Virus record (IMG/VR): IMGVR_UViG_3300032132_000006
Span: 1-63,744 of that record
Length of the DNA: 63,744 bases
Strand: one strand, 5' to 3'
Origin: a virus
Taxonomy: Duplodnaviria; Caudoviricetes
Part shown: piece after piece, positions 17,493 through 26,851 of the stretch
How the letters are laid out: the number at the start of each line of letters is the position of its first letter
Numbering within the stretch: position 1 is the stretch's first letter
Translations under genes and position numbers: made by a program
The notes under the pieces: model-generated
Told to the model about the DNA's origin: nothing
Seen by the model: the letters and a program-made list of their open reading frames with translations, nothing else
Databases searched by the model: none

Positions 17493-19064
17493 TTAATAAC
17501 CAACAGAGCGGTCTGTTTGCTTTCTAGCGCGGATAGGTGGGCGGGGCTTCTTGCGGTTGTAGTCATCGCCGTCATACGCCTGCCCATATTGACGGAATGC
17601 ATCAGCTCCTTCTGAGTGGATATCGTGTTTGGGTGTGTCGCTAAACCTACCCGTACTAGCGTTCCATTTTTTGCTGTATCTATCGAGGTGAATTATGCCG
17701 GCAGCACATTCAGTTTCGTCGAACCAAGCTGTCGCAAACTTATCTCTGGTTACCTGTATTCCATGCGATATGTCGGGAGTTCTCGGCACGATCACAATGT
17801 TCTTAGGGTTTAATCCAAGTCGAGTTAGCATTACCTTGGGAGAGATATTCTCTTTCTCGCCCTGCCTCTCATGATTACCATCGTGTGGCAGGTAGTGCTT
17901 GCCCCAAACGTAGCCGGTATTCTGTAATTGATTAACAAAGTAGGCGTAAGGCTCTCCCCAGCCCTCGATAAACTTTATGAAGTTGTCGCATTGTCCAACC
18001 CGCTGATGAAGCCAGACTGCGGTACCGTCACCATTCCCGATATCCCAAAATGTATTTACTGGATAACCGGTTCTGTGTGCTACGTGCCCTATCCTGCCCT
18101 GCTTACGGACACTGGTCATTTGTACAGTGTAGTAACAGCCTTCGGATGACTGCTGGAACGCTTCCTTGGATGTCGATGGGAATTCCTGCCACATCTTTTC
18201 TGGCTGGCCGCCAAAATCTGTGTCTCTTGTCGAACACCACCACGCTCGCTGTCTTAATGTCAGAGTACACTGGGCCTCAGCCTCTATAGAATCGAAATAC
18301 TCATTATCTTTTGGAGTGATGATTACATCAGTGGCATCCATAGAATACTTAGGCTCTACCCACCATGGGAAGAAGTTAAACCGATAGTCTTTAGGGGATA
18401 ATTTTTTGCCTTGCAGTTTGAGCTGTTCAGCCTTGGTTGTCATTTCATAGAATGGACCCTCCTGACCCTCTGCGGTACTTTCGATAAACGTGACCCCATT
18501 GGCTGTTACGGCTGGGATTGACCCCGTGATGACTTCCTGCGCACGATCCGGCCATTTAGCACATATCTTCCCGAACTCGGAAACGTGAAGGTATTGGAGA
18601 GTTCCGGAACGAGCCGAAGTTGCCACTCGAATTGCGGAATCGTTATGGGCGAAGTGCAGTTCCGACTTGTTGTCTGACTTGAGTGGAAATCCAGCTCTAA
18701 TTCCGTCCGGTAGATTGTCATAAGCGAATTTAACCTTGTCTCTGAAAATGCCTTGGGCAGTGATTATATCCTGTGCAACTATTGCTGCTCTGCAATTGTC
18801 CCTATTAAGAACACAGTCGAGGAAATAGATGACGATGAATGTAGTAAATCCAAGCTGTCTAGCCTTAAGGATTATGTTTCTATGGTGTAGGTTCTCCATC
18901 ATCTGGATCTGGGGGCCATTAGGAATAAATGGGACGGCAAGCTTTTCTTCGCCGTCATCACCTTTGATCATTATTTTATACAGGCACCCACTAGTGATTC
19001 TCCATACGGGATCCGCTAGGCATTTCTTTAACTCTGCTTCGTTAGTGGGTAGTTTAGGTGTCAT
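17493..19064 (-). CDS. terL: Terminase large subunit
   Basis: ILKARQLGFTT Walker A, LHVSE Walker B, ESTAEG, WDIG..D nuclease motif, LPHDG, HD..S.GADAFR. Confidence 0.95.
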   Translation of the reverse strand: MTPKLPTNEAELKKCLADPVWRITSGCLYKIMIKGDDGEEKLAVPFIPNGPQIQMMENLHHRNIILKARQLGFTTFIVIYFLDCVLNRDNCRAAIVAQDIITAQGIFRDKVKFAYDNLPDGIRAGFPLKSDNKSELHFAHNDSAIRVATSARSGTLQYLHVSEFGKICAKWPDRAQEVITGSIPAVTANGVTFIESTAEGQEGPFYEMTTKAEQLKLQGKKLSPKDYRFNFFPWWVEPKYSMDATDVIITPKDNEYFDSIEAEAQCTLTLRQRAWWCSTRDTDFGGQPEKMWQEFPSTSKEAFQQSSEGCYYTVQMTSVRKQGRIGHVAHRTGYPVNTFWDIGNGDGTAVWLHQRVGQCDNFIKFIEGWGEPYAYFVNQLQNTGYVWGKHYLPHDGNHERQGEKENISPKVMLTRLGLNPKNIVIVPRTPDISHGIQVTRDKFATAWFDETECAAGIIHLDRYSKKWNASTGRFSDTPKHDIHSEGADAFRQYGQAYDGDDYNRKKPRPPIRARKQTDRSVGY

Positions 19065-19293
19065 TCAATTCGCAACACCTGTCTGCTGAATTCCAACACT
19101 CAATAGCTAAGGGCATTCGGTTGTCTGGGTCGGGGTGATAGTCAGCCCTAAACTCCAAAGACCACTGGCCACAACAGGTGCCAACAACATTCATCCACTT
19201 AAACCCCTGTCCAGTATCTATCATCTCTAGGCTTGCAGGCACTTCGCCACAAGGGCATCGCTTTAACCCAGCATCCACTACCTCTTTACTCAT
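19054..19293 (-). CDS. Lar-like (restriction-alleviation type) Zn-finger protein
   Basis: LKRCPCG...C.C...AIECWN pattern. Confidence 0.55.
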   Translation of the reverse strand: MSKEVVDAGLKRCPCGEVPASLEMIDTGQGFKWMNVVGTCCGQWSLEFRADYHPDPDNRMPLAIECWNSADRCCELNDT

Positions 19294-19475
19294 TCTTCAT
19301 TCAACCCCACTGTTGGCACTTCAGCCCAGTCGGTAAGGATCGGACCAAAGAGAGATTCTACTTCCCGATACTCAAGCACTTTGTATTGCTCGACAGTACG
19401 CAAGGAAACATACTGACCCTCTACAGGTGATCCCCATGACTCACGCTCTTTAGTCTTCCATCGTAACTGAATCAC
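19290..19475 (-). CDS. Hypothetical protein
   Basis: QLRW...VLEYR...W.EVPTV pattern; operon packing. Confidence 0.55.
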   Translation of the reverse strand: MIQLRWKTKERESWGSPVEGQYVSLRTVEQYKVLEYREVESLFGPILTDWAEVPTVGLNEE

Positions 19476-19686
19476 CCCGCATCCCCCTTAACTTCCTTAC
19501 CAGCTCTAAATGTTCTATGTGTCCATCCCACATATGATCGATATCATCCGCTGTGGGCATCCTGCCCGACCTGCTTGCGTAATTCCTCTGCCCCATGTCC
19601 GTCCATACATTCAGCAGCCTCATAGCCCTCTCATGAGCCGAGTTGATTAGCAGTAATAGCTCTCTGTCGCTTAAATCAATCATCAT
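19450..19686 (-). CDS. Hypothetical protein
   Basis: Operon packing. Confidence 0.5.
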   Translation of the reverse strand: MMIDLSDRELLLLINSAHERAMRLLNVWTDMGQRNYASRSGRMPTADDIDHMWDGHIEHLELVRKLRGMRGDSVTMED

Positions 19687-20119
19687 TCGATGGTTCTAAC
19701 GTCCGACCAGATACTTCCTTCAAAATTAATTCGACTGGGTTCTCCTTGTCTCCAGATATAACCATCTTGTCAGAGTACTTGGATTTCTTCCTGCCGGCTA
19801 TCCACTTGATCGTGTCGATTGCTACCCTAGCTACGTTTGGCTCTACGTCACCGCGCAATACATCCTGTGCAATATCGCCTATCTGTTCAAAGTCGGCATC
19901 AGCAGATTCATTTCTGGCTTCGTTGTAGTTCAGGGCAAATCGCTCATTGACCCGCAGCCATTCGTATACTGTAGTCCTCGCTGGCATTTTTGGATCCAGC
20001 ACAATTGTACGTAGTGACTGACCCCCTGCCAATCTATTGCAGATTTCATCACTGATATCGTCTGTGTATGTTGTTGGCCTACCTGCTTTACGCTTGGCTG
20101 GCTTTTTAATGCTTGTCAT
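19676..20119 (-). CDS. terS: Terminase small subunit
   Basis: GRPTTY...ICNRLAGGQSLR.I...MP...TVYEWL...F...Y.EAR; Sf6-like small terminase pattern. Confidence 0.85.
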   Translation of the reverse strand: MTSIKKPAKRKAGRPTTYTDDISDEICNRLAGGQSLRTIVLDPKMPARTTVYEWLRVNERFALNYNEARNESADADFEQIGDIAQDVLRGDVEPNVARVAIDTIKWIAGRKKSKYSDKMVISGDKENPVELILKEVSGRTLEPSNDD

Positions 20120-20155
20120 AATATTCTTTCCATGCCCCGTATGTCTCTATCTTAA

Positions 20156-20374
20156 TCATCTATCGTAATTCAGCAGATCAACCGCTGCCCTCATCTTGGC
20201 AAAGTTAGACGCAACAATGGGCCTTAAGTGCTCCTGCACCATGGAGCGCGTAACGACCTCTCGCTTGCCATTAAGCGCAAACACTAAACATTTCTTACGG
20301 GTCTTCTTCACCCGATTAAACATATTTATTTGGGCGTTCCAGCCCATCCCAGCTATAACTCTTTCAAAGATCAT
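20156..20374 (-). CDS. Hypothetical protein
   Basis: Operon packing. Confidence 0.45.
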   Translation of the reverse strand: MIFERVIAGMGWNAQINMFNRVKKTRKKCLVFALNGKREVVTRSMVQEHLRPIVASNFAKMRAAVDLLNYDR

Positions 20375-20375
20375 T

Positions 20376-20627
20376 CTATTGCCTTTGCATCTGATGTAAG
20401 TGTCTCGAACTTTCTTTAAGCTTTTCTACTAATTGAGTCATGTGTAGTAGGTTTGTATGAACCGTCCTAATTTCACCATCTGCAAAGCGAGCTTCACGTT
20501 CAAGCCTAGCTATTTCCAGCCCTCTTTCCCTGTACTTCTCATAGAGACTTGACCATTCACACTTCAACACCACCAGTGAATTAGGGTCGAAGTCTTTAGC
20601 GTATCTTGGGTTCCTTTTATCCGACAT
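20376..20627 (-). CDS. Coiled-coil hypothetical protein
   Basis: GGAGG RBS. Confidence 0.55.
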   Translation of the reverse strand: MSDKRNPRYAKDFDPNSLVVLKCEWSSLYEKYRERGLEIARLEREARFADGEIRTVHTNLLHMTQLVEKLKESSRHLHQMQRQ

Positions 20628-20832
20628 TCGGCCTCCTAAACTTAATCAACTGGTTTTGTAGTCTGGCCCACTCAGGATTAACAGTTCTTTCCTGTCTTGT
20701 GACAAACAACCAAGCTATTCTGTACCATGGTTCTGGGAGAAATTTTGGTGGGAATAAATTAGCTCGTTTATTCAATACCCTCAATGCCCTCGCATCCATA
20801 TCAGCCAATAACCTTTTTGCTAAGTCGTTCAC
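20617..20832 (-). CDS. Hypothetical protein
   Basis: Operon packing. Confidence 0.5.
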   Translation of the reverse strand: MNDLAKRLLADMDARALRVLNKRANLFPPKFLPEPWYRIAWLFVTRQERTVNPEWARLQNQLIKFRRPNVG

Positions 20833-21068
20833 AGCCCTATACCCTCTTTTGGTACGAGGATAGTCTTCTCATGCTTGGCATCGATTAGTATATCCATGAT
20901 ATCAATATAACCCATGCTGTCTGGGCCAGATGCGCTTGCCTGTATAACCAGATCAGTGGCAAAGTCCAGCCCATCCTTGACGCCCTTGTTATACGTCCTA
21001 TCCATATCTAGCTTAACTTTGGCCTTGATACTGTCAGCTTTCTGCCGTAGCTCTTCAGTGCTTAGCAT
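20829..21068 (-). CDS. Hypothetical protein
   Basis: Operon packing. Confidence 0.55.
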   Translation of the reverse strand: MLSTEELRQKADSIKAKVKLDMDRTYNKGVKDGLDFATDLVIQASASGPDSMGYIDIMDILIDAKHEKTILVPKEGIGL

Positions 21069-21303
21069 GTTCAGGATCCCGTTGTTCGTTCTCTGCCTTC
21101 ATTGTCGCGATGATATATTCTCTCAGGGTGGTTATTGCAGTGACCAGCCCCTCGACATCTAACAGCCCGTTCTCGCCGCCATTATCTTCAATCACACTTT
21201 CCCATGTTTGGACTAGTGTGTCACACACATCAACGCTGCCTTGTGTGTAGGATGCAGAGATTAGTGTCTGCACCTCTTCCATACTTAGCTCTGTCTCTTC
21301 CAT
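21055..21303 (-). CDS. Acidic hypothetical protein
   Basis: Operon packing. Confidence 0.55.
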   Translation of the reverse strand: MEETELSMEEVQTLISASYTQGSVDVCDTLVQTWESVIEDNGGENGLLDVEGLVTAITTLREYIIATMKAENEQRDPEHAKH

Positions 21304-21792
21304 TTAGCTCACCATATTCCAGTTGGTTTTAGTTAAACTACGGGCCTTGATAGTTCTGACTTGATCTTCTTTATTGAATCTCGCCTTACGCTCTCTCGCC
21401 TGCTTTGATATGGCCTTTGGCGATCTTCTTACCCATCTAAAAGAGTTGATACTCGCAAGTATTTCTTCTTCGGAGTTTTTATCGTTCCATAAACAATTGT
21501 TTAGTAGCGTGCATCGATCAGATACAAAAGCATGAGCAGGGCGGTTGTACCCACCAAATACCAGATCCCCCGCTCTGTTTCTATCTAAGCATCTTCTAAG
21601 CCCTAAAGTCGCGAACCAATCCAAAGATGTATTTACGTCAGCTATATTGTTGGCATATTCCCCTTCGCATAAGTGTGATGGGTTTGCCTGTGCCAGAAAT
21701 TCAGCAAAAATTACCAGCATATGTTTGTTCTTTCTCCACCCAGATATTAATAATTTATCCCAGAGCGCTTGGTACTGTTCTTTGTTTTCCAT
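21304..21792 (-). CDS. Hypothetical protein (start MENKEQ)
   Basis: GGGGA RBS before ATG 21792. Confidence 0.6.
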   Translation of the reverse strand: MENKEQYQALWDKLLISGWRKNKHMLVIFAEFLAQANPSHLCEGEYANNIADVNTSLDWFATLGLRRCLDRNRAGDLVFGGYNRPAHAFVSDRCTLLNNCLWNDKNSEEEILASINSFRWVRRSPKAISKQARERKARFNKEDQVRTIKARSLTKTNWNMVS

Positions 21793-21904
21793 TTTGTTTT
21801 CCCCGTTTTTTTTAATAGATATCGATGAGGGTGCTGTATGTGACAACAGCGGCATCGTTTTGGGGACCGAACCCAGCGTATGCTTTTACCCTCACCGATA
21901 TTTA

Positions 21905-22261
21905 CTAAATTGTTGTACAGATTGGTGTTAGCTTTAATCTATACGATGGATCCAAAGCAATCTTAGAATTTGTCGCATAGATCCAAGCAATCGAGGCTGG
22001 CAATTTATTCGTTTTGTCATACGGATAAATTAACCATACCACCTTGCCCCAATCTTTTTCTGGTACAACTTCGTGCATTTCTGACTCAGACATCGTTGTC
22101 ATGATCTCTAGTATCTGGCGATTGTCAGACGGTACTGCTATGTAGGCTCCGTACTGATACTTATAACCGCAAGTGCTTGGAAGATCATTTTCACCTTGAG
22201 ACAGATTGATTGTAAGTGCCAACGTGATACTGCACACCAGACCAACAATCAATGCCCTCAT
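21905..22261 (-). CDS. Exported/periplasmic protein (moron-like)
   Basis: N-terminal signal-like hydrophobic segment. Confidence 0.6.
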   Translation of the reverse strand: MRALIVGLVCSITLALTINLSQGENDLPSTCGYKYQYGAYIAVPSDNRQILEIMTTMSESEMHEVVPEKDWGKVVWLIYPYDKTNKLPASIAWIYATNSKIALDPSYRLKLTPICTTI

Positions 22262-22271
22262 ACACTATGAC

Positions 22272-22577
22272 CTACCGTAAACTATTTCGTTCCATCTCAT
22301 CTGCTTTTTTTGCTAAATAAAGCCAAGAAACTGCGACAATCCCATTAAACAGGAACGACAGAAACACTATTAGCGATGTTGATAGATCGCTCAAGAACAC
22401 AGATCCGAACAGCCCAAAAAACACAGCGATTATGCCGCACAGGATTGCAGACCCAAACTCCACAGACCAACTATCATCACCTTCGTACACCGGAAACAAC
22501 GCCACAAATGTAATGATTAGAAATGGCGTAGCCATGATGCCAAACGGTGTTGTAATCGTACTCAAAAACTCATTCAT
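22272..22577 (-). CDS. Membrane protein with about 3 TM helices (moron-like)
   Basis: Hydrophobic segments; GGGGAG RBS; own extended -10 promoter. Confidence 0.65.
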   Translation of the reverse strand: MNEFLSTITTPFGIMATPFLIITFVALFPVYEGDDSWSVEFGSAILCGIIAVFFGLFGSVFLSDLSTSLIVFLSFLFNGIVAVSWLYLAKKADEMERNSLR

Positions 22578-22603
22578 AATCGTTTACTCCCCATATGCTA
22601 GAT

Positions 22604-22645
22604 ATTTTACCATAGTTGGCTTCGATATACATTAAACGTTATAAT
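22604..22645. promoter_or_regulatory. Divergent promoter pair: TGgTAAAAT (- strand, 22604-22612) and TATAAT (+ strand, 22640-22645)
   Basis: Located at a strand switch point; matches to the sigma70 -10 consensus. Confidence 0.6.
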
Positions 22646-22651
22646 GTCTGG

Positions 22652-23095
22652 ATGATAATCACGCAGCTACGCACATATTACCAAGATTATACCGAAGGCG
22701 AACTGTTCATCAACGGTGGCAAGCGCTGGTGCTGGACTCTTGAAGATGTCGGCAGACCGACAAATGTTAAAGTTAAGCACCAAACCTGCATCCCCGAAGG
22801 CCACTACAGCGTAGCTATCAATTACTCAAGCCGCTTTCAGCGCTACATGCTTCTCCTTTACAACCAAAAAAATAAAACTGTTCAGCAATCAGGTATAACG
22901 TTTACCGGCATCAGACCCCATGGGGTTAACGATGTCGATGATACGTCTGGATGCATCGGCCTAGCTTACCAAACTAATCATAACGGTATAGTATGGGACA
23001 AGGCTTCCGACGATTTGTTCCATCTCGTTAAGAAATTCATCGATCAAGGCGAGCGAATCGACTGGATCATCACTCAACAAAACAGCGCATCTTAA
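22652..23095 (+). CDS. DUF5675-family protein, putative endolysin/peptidoglycan enzyme
   Basis: TEGELFING...CWTLED...TCIPEG.Y...F.GIR.H..N...DT.GCI; ATG 6 nt after TATAAT. Confidence 0.75.
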   Translation: MIITQLRTYYQDYTEGELFINGGKRWCWTLEDVGRPTNVKVKHQTCIPEGHYSVAINYSSRFQRYMLLLYNQKNKTVQQSGITFTGIRPHGVNDVDDTSGCIGLAYQTNHNGIVWDKASDDLFHLVKKFIDQGERIDWIITQQNSAS

Positions 23096-23104
23096 GGATC
23101 CCCA

Positions 23105-23371
23105 GTGAAAAACACCGTACAGGAAGTCGTTACAGGCCCAGCAGCCCAAGTAGTAGTCGGAAGCACAGGAATTGCAGCGGCCCTCACTAGTATTATGGGG
23201 TATATCGAAAGCGGTGCAGCAGTCATCGCGCTGGTAGGCGGTGCGGTCATTGTAGTGTTCACCGCAATGCATGGATACAAACGACTACAGCACGACAAAT
23301 TAGAGACAAAAAAGCTCGCTCTAGAGGTTGAAGCACTAGAAAGAGCCAAGAAAGAATCCCCCTCCCCCTAA
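23105..23371 (+). CDS. Putative holin
   Basis: Two hydrophobic segments and a charged C-terminus, next to the DUF5675 gene. Confidence 0.6.
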   Translation: MKNTVQEVVTGPAAQVVVGSTGIAAALTSIMGYIESGAAVIALVGGAVIVVFTAMHGYKRLQHDKLETKKLALEVEALERAKKESPSP

Positions 23372-23426
23372 ATAAATCTATTTTATTTGCAGATTTCCTT
23401 GACTATCTCCTGTATTGGTATATATT
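23371..23426 (+). promoter_or_regulatory. Sigma70-type promoter TTGACT-N16-TATATT with AT-rich upstream element
   Basis: Near-copy of the promoter at 33588-33643. Confidence 0.75.
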
Positions 23427-23461
23427 AAGAGTGTACCACTAATTTTATTAAGGAGATTGAG

Positions 23462-23782
23462 ATGAAGGGTCAATTGCTTTTTGCCGTTACTGACCAGTTT
23501 TACATTATCCCGCTTCAAATAATTAGCGAAGAGGATATACCCGATGCTGGCATTAAAATAAAAACTGTCATCGTTGGGGACTCTATTCGTCACCAAGAAG
23601 TACATTATGAGCATTACTTTCAAGAGATGTGGATGGATGACGGTGTTATAAGTAGCTCTAGTGTCTTCTTTCTAGAGTCTTCTGCCAAAGCCTATGCTTG
23701 CGGCAAAATCAACGGGGCGATAGATATTAAAGAGCATGAACTTCAGCGATTACAGCAAAGACTCTTTGATCTAAATAATTAA
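23462..23782 (+). CDS. Hypothetical (probably early) protein
   Basis: AAGGAG RBS after the promoter. Confidence 0.65.
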   Translation: MKGQLLFAVTDQFYIIPLQIISEEDIPDAGIKIKTVIVGDSIRHQEVHYEHYFQEMWMDDGVISSSSVFFLESSAKAYACGKINGAIDIKEHELQRLQQRLFDLNN

Positions 23783-23799
23783 GACCAGAGGAGAACGAA

Positions 23800-24006
23800 A
23801 TGAACGCTTCCAAGAAAAACAGAATTTCCCACTCAATTGCCAAGGCCTTTGTGTGTGGATCTGTGATCCTGCTGACTATCTCTGGTGTGACTCTTTTGTC
23901 TATCGCTGCGGTGGTTGTTTGGTTCTACGGTGAAGACTTGTTGAGCGACCTATTGAGTGGTCACTTTGACTTGGTTCAAAAACTTCTTCCAAATCTTTGT
24001 AAGTAA
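23800..24006 (+). CDS. Small membrane protein
   Basis: GAGGAG RBS; TM segment. Confidence 0.6.
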   Translation: MNASKKNRISHSIAKAFVCGSVILLTISGVTLLSIAAVVVWFYGEDLLSDLLSGHFDLVQKLLPNLCK

Positions 24007-24014
24007 GGGGAAAA

Positions 24015-24191
24015 ATGATGAATGAACTAACTGACAACCAAAAGCAAATTATTGCTGACGCACAGGGTCGGCTCCTTCCTAGTGAGCGAGTGGCAGTTTC
24101 CATCGCTGCTGAGACTGGGAGCATTGAAGCTCTGGCTCGTTTCTTTGCTGAGGATGGTATTGACTTTAAAGGGGAAAGTAATGAATCTTAA
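24015..24191 (+). CDS. Hypothetical protein, 58 aa (MMNELTDNQKQ...), not in ORF track
   Basis: AAGGGG RBS. Confidence 0.6.
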   Translation: MMNELTDNQKQIIADAQGRLLPSERVAVSIAAETGSIEALARFFAEDGIDFKGESNES

Positions 24192-24423
24192 AAATTTCAG
24201 ATATAAGTATGACGAGAAAAACGATATCTCGATTATCCTTGAAAAGTCTATCAACTGGGATGACTGGGACGGTGATTCAATCGTTTACTCTGTCTTTGTT
24301 GAGTCTGTGAAGGACGGGGTGAGGGACGGCTCTGTGGAGCGGTTCGCAAGTCTGCCAGAGGCAGGACGGTATTTTGAATTAGAAGTTAATCTTTGGGTTG
24401 CGAAAAGAGTAGTGCGCGGTTGA
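24181..24423 (+). CDS. Hypothetical protein (start MNLKNF)
   Basis: GGGGA RBS before ATG 24181. Confidence 0.55.
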   Translation: MNLKNFRYKYDEKNDISIILEKSINWDDWDGDSIVYSVFVESVKDGVRDGSVERFASLPEAGRYFELEVNLWVAKRVVRG

Positions 24424-24542
24424 ACGTTAGCGCCTTATCGCCTGTGAATGTATTACCCGTAGACTACGTGTCGTACTACTAATAAGTGGATTAAGGCTGC
24501 AGCCCGCGTCATTGCTGGCTCTCCGAGTACCAACTGCCTCTA

Positions 24543-24743
24543 TCAGTGAACGACCTTTTCAGCCAGCATATCTTGATGAACATAAATGTAATCGCGCAGG
24601 TCGTTAAGCTCTTCCTGCGTGAAATTTTCTAGCATCCCCTCCTCGTTCAAGTTCACTATCACATCAACCGTCTTCATGAAATCAGCCAGATCCAGCGATG
24701 AAAACAATCCTATCTTTAGGTCTCTTGGCGTAATGTAGTTCAT
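24543..24743 (-). CDS. Hypothetical protein
   Basis: Last gene of the helicase operon. Confidence 0.55.
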   Translation of the reverse strand: MNYITPRDLKIGLFSSLDLADFMKTVDVIVNLNEEGMLENFTQEELNDLRDYIYVHQDMLAEKVVH

Positions 24744-24745
24744 AC

Positions 24746-25144
24746 TTATAGCCCGTATTTTTGTTGAACCCCTATTATCCTTCCCTTAGCCAGTTTGTAC
24801 CGGCGTTTATCTTCTAGGCTCGCGTATACTCCTCGCTCTTCCTGTCTTCTGTATATTTTAACAACTGTCCTGTCAAGATCCAATAATTCTTTTACATCTC
24901 TGGGCATGTAGTTGGCATCACGCTCTAGTTTTTTTCCAAAATATTCTTCTAGGTCTACGCCCAGTGCTTGGTATAACTCCAGTCCTCCAGCTTCACAGAC
25001 ATAGCAGTAAGCGACGATAGGTCTATCCCTGCCTACATTAATCGACATGGCGAAATCTTTATCGTTGTGAACAGGGCATCTGCATATCCAGCCCTTGCCC
25101 CTTGGCTTTACGTTATCCCCCAGTGCTGCCAGTAATTGTCTCAT
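24746..25144 (-). CDS. Stand-alone primase-type (CHC2) zinc-binding domain protein
   Basis: CRCPVHNDK..AMS and YCYVC motifs; no TOPRIM/AEP catalytic domain; coupled to the helicase gene. Confidence 0.75.
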   Translation of the reverse strand: MRQLLAALGDNVKPRGKGWICRCPVHNDKDFAMSINVGRDRPIVAYCYVCEAGGLELYQALGVDLEEYFGKKLERDANYMPRDVKELLDLDRTVVKIYRRQEERGVYASLEDKRRYKLAKGRIIGVQQKYGL

Positions 25145-26652
25145 GCTGTTTTCCTGTTAGCGTACTTAATGTTAGCGTGTCTAATCCAGCCCATGGTGTC
25201 CTCGCCAATTTCTTTTGCAGAGTAGGGCTTTATTGCGTTGGGCCAAACGCCATACCTTGAGCGGTATTTGTTGGGTGCCCAGCCTGACTTATAATTTTTG
25301 TCCTTCCCGTACTTCAGTAATTCAGACAGGAACCTTGTTTTGTTTTCGACAGTATCTGCGGAGTTTAGTTTCTTTAATTCTTTTTGTTCCAGCTCCTGCA
25401 TCTCAACTAGCATCCGATTATCATCAGCCTGTCGCTCTTCTTCTGGCATCGTCCAGCCACAACCATCATCACCATCACAGGCTCTGCCGGTAATCAACTG
25501 GCTACAGTCGGGGCACTCTCTGGACTTCTTTTCTATCTCTTCTTTCTCTTTGGCCAGATCCGTTTCCCTGTAGGTTTTCTCCCCATCATCCAAGTACTCT
25601 GGCACCACATCTTTGGCCGGCCCGAATCGTGAGTAGTTTGAGGCGTGATCCAAGTAGATTGCGTGATCCTTCCCTTCGCTGGTTCTCATCAATCTCCCTG
25701 CACGCTGGACCCAAGAAATTAAACTGGCGACTGGATAGCAATCGACTATGCACTTCACAGACGGCGCATCGTAGCCGGTGTTCAATAATTTACAGCAGGA
25801 CAATACCTTGAACTCACCTCGATCATGAGCCTCGTACAGAGCCTGTCGATCCTCCTGTTTCATGTGGCAGTCTATATGTTCTGCCGTCACACCTGCTTTA
25901 CGGAATCGATTAACCAGTCCTTTAGACATTGCCTGCGACGGAGAGAACGCGATGGTCTGTGAATTCTCCCCGTACTCGAACCAGTTCTTGATTACGTTAC
26001 CCACCAGTGATGTGTGCTGCCGGTCAGATTCTTTTTCTAGGTCTTGAAATGAGTATGTATTAGGATCCGTTTTTCGGACATTAGATAAGTCTATACTTGC
26101 CCCCGCATAATACTTAACGGGGCAGAGATAACCTCTGGACTGTAGCTCTGCTGCGGTTATTGGCACCAGCAGGTTGTTGTATTTAGTTCCCAGTCCTTTC
26201 GAGTATGGTGTTGCGGTAAGTCCGATAATCGGCACCCTATCGTAAGCCTCGATAAATTTATCTATGACTCGATATTGTGTATGCGCCTCGTCTACTAAGG
26301 CCAGCTCGAACTCAGGTAATCGCTTGCCATGCTCACCTACCATCCTGTCTATGGTTTGGATTGATGCGATTTGAATTGGCGCCATTGGATTTGTTAGCGG
26401 GTGGTTTGCCTGCCTCACGCCAAAATTAATTCCCGCAGCCCTGAAGGCTACGATTGACTGCTCTACCAGTTGGGTGCGGTCAACAAAGAAAAACCCTCGT
26501 TTACCTTTGTCCTGACAACCCTTCATGATGTGGGCCGCTATGACTGTCTTACCCATCGCGCATGGAGCTGCGAGTATAGGTCTGTTTTTGCCCTGTCTAA
26601 TTGAGTCCCTGATTTGCTCTACTGCTTTTTCTTGATAGTCTCTAAGTCTCAT
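25141..26652 (-). CDS. SF2 DEAH-box helicase with C-terminal Zn finger
   Basis: LRDYQ Q-motif, APCAMGKT, DEAH, TAT, QRAGRLMR, CPDC. Confidence 0.92.
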   Translation of the reverse strand: MRLRDYQEKAVEQIRDSIRQGKNRPILAAPCAMGKTVIAAHIMKGCQDKGKRGFFFVDRTQLVEQSIVAFRAAGINFGVRQANHPLTNPMAPIQIASIQTIDRMVGEHGKRLPEFELALVDEAHTQYRVIDKFIEAYDRVPIIGLTATPYSKGLGTKYNNLLVPITAAELQSRGYLCPVKYYAGASIDLSNVRKTDPNTYSFQDLEKESDRQHTSLVGNVIKNWFEYGENSQTIAFSPSQAMSKGLVNRFRKAGVTAEHIDCHMKQEDRQALYEAHDRGEFKVLSCCKLLNTGYDAPSVKCIVDCYPVASLISWVQRAGRLMRTSEGKDHAIYLDHASNYSRFGPAKDVVPEYLDDGEKTYRETDLAKEKEEIEKKSRECPDCSQLITGRACDGDDGCGWTMPEEERQADDNRMLVEMQELEQKELKKLNSADTVENKTRFLSELLKYGKDKNYKSGWAPNKYRSRYGVWPNAIKPYSAKEIGEDTMGWIRHANIKYANRKTA

Positions 26653-26657
26653 CCCCG

Positions 26658-26828
26658 TTACCCTCTAGACGTTAATAGGTTTCCATTTTTGTCTCTGATC
26701 TGAATCATGGCTCTGCCACCAATGGCAATTCGCTGATTGACTGAGATGGGCAGGTGTAACTCAGTTACATGGCCGCACCATTCTAGTGCTTTTTTTATTG
26801 TTTTAACTTCGTGAGTGGATTCGGTCAT
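26658..26828 (-). CDS. Hypothetical protein
   Basis: GAGGG RBS before ATG 26828. Confidence 0.45.
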   Translation of the reverse strand: MTESTHEVKTIKKALEWCGHVTELHLPISVNQRIAIGGRAMIQIRDKNGNLLTSRG

Positions 26829-26851
26829 TTCTGACCCTCTTGGACATTCCA

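Noticed and set aside
24424-24542. Convergent intergenic gap as tRNA/ncRNA
   Set aside because: No tRNA motifs or strong stems that I could support
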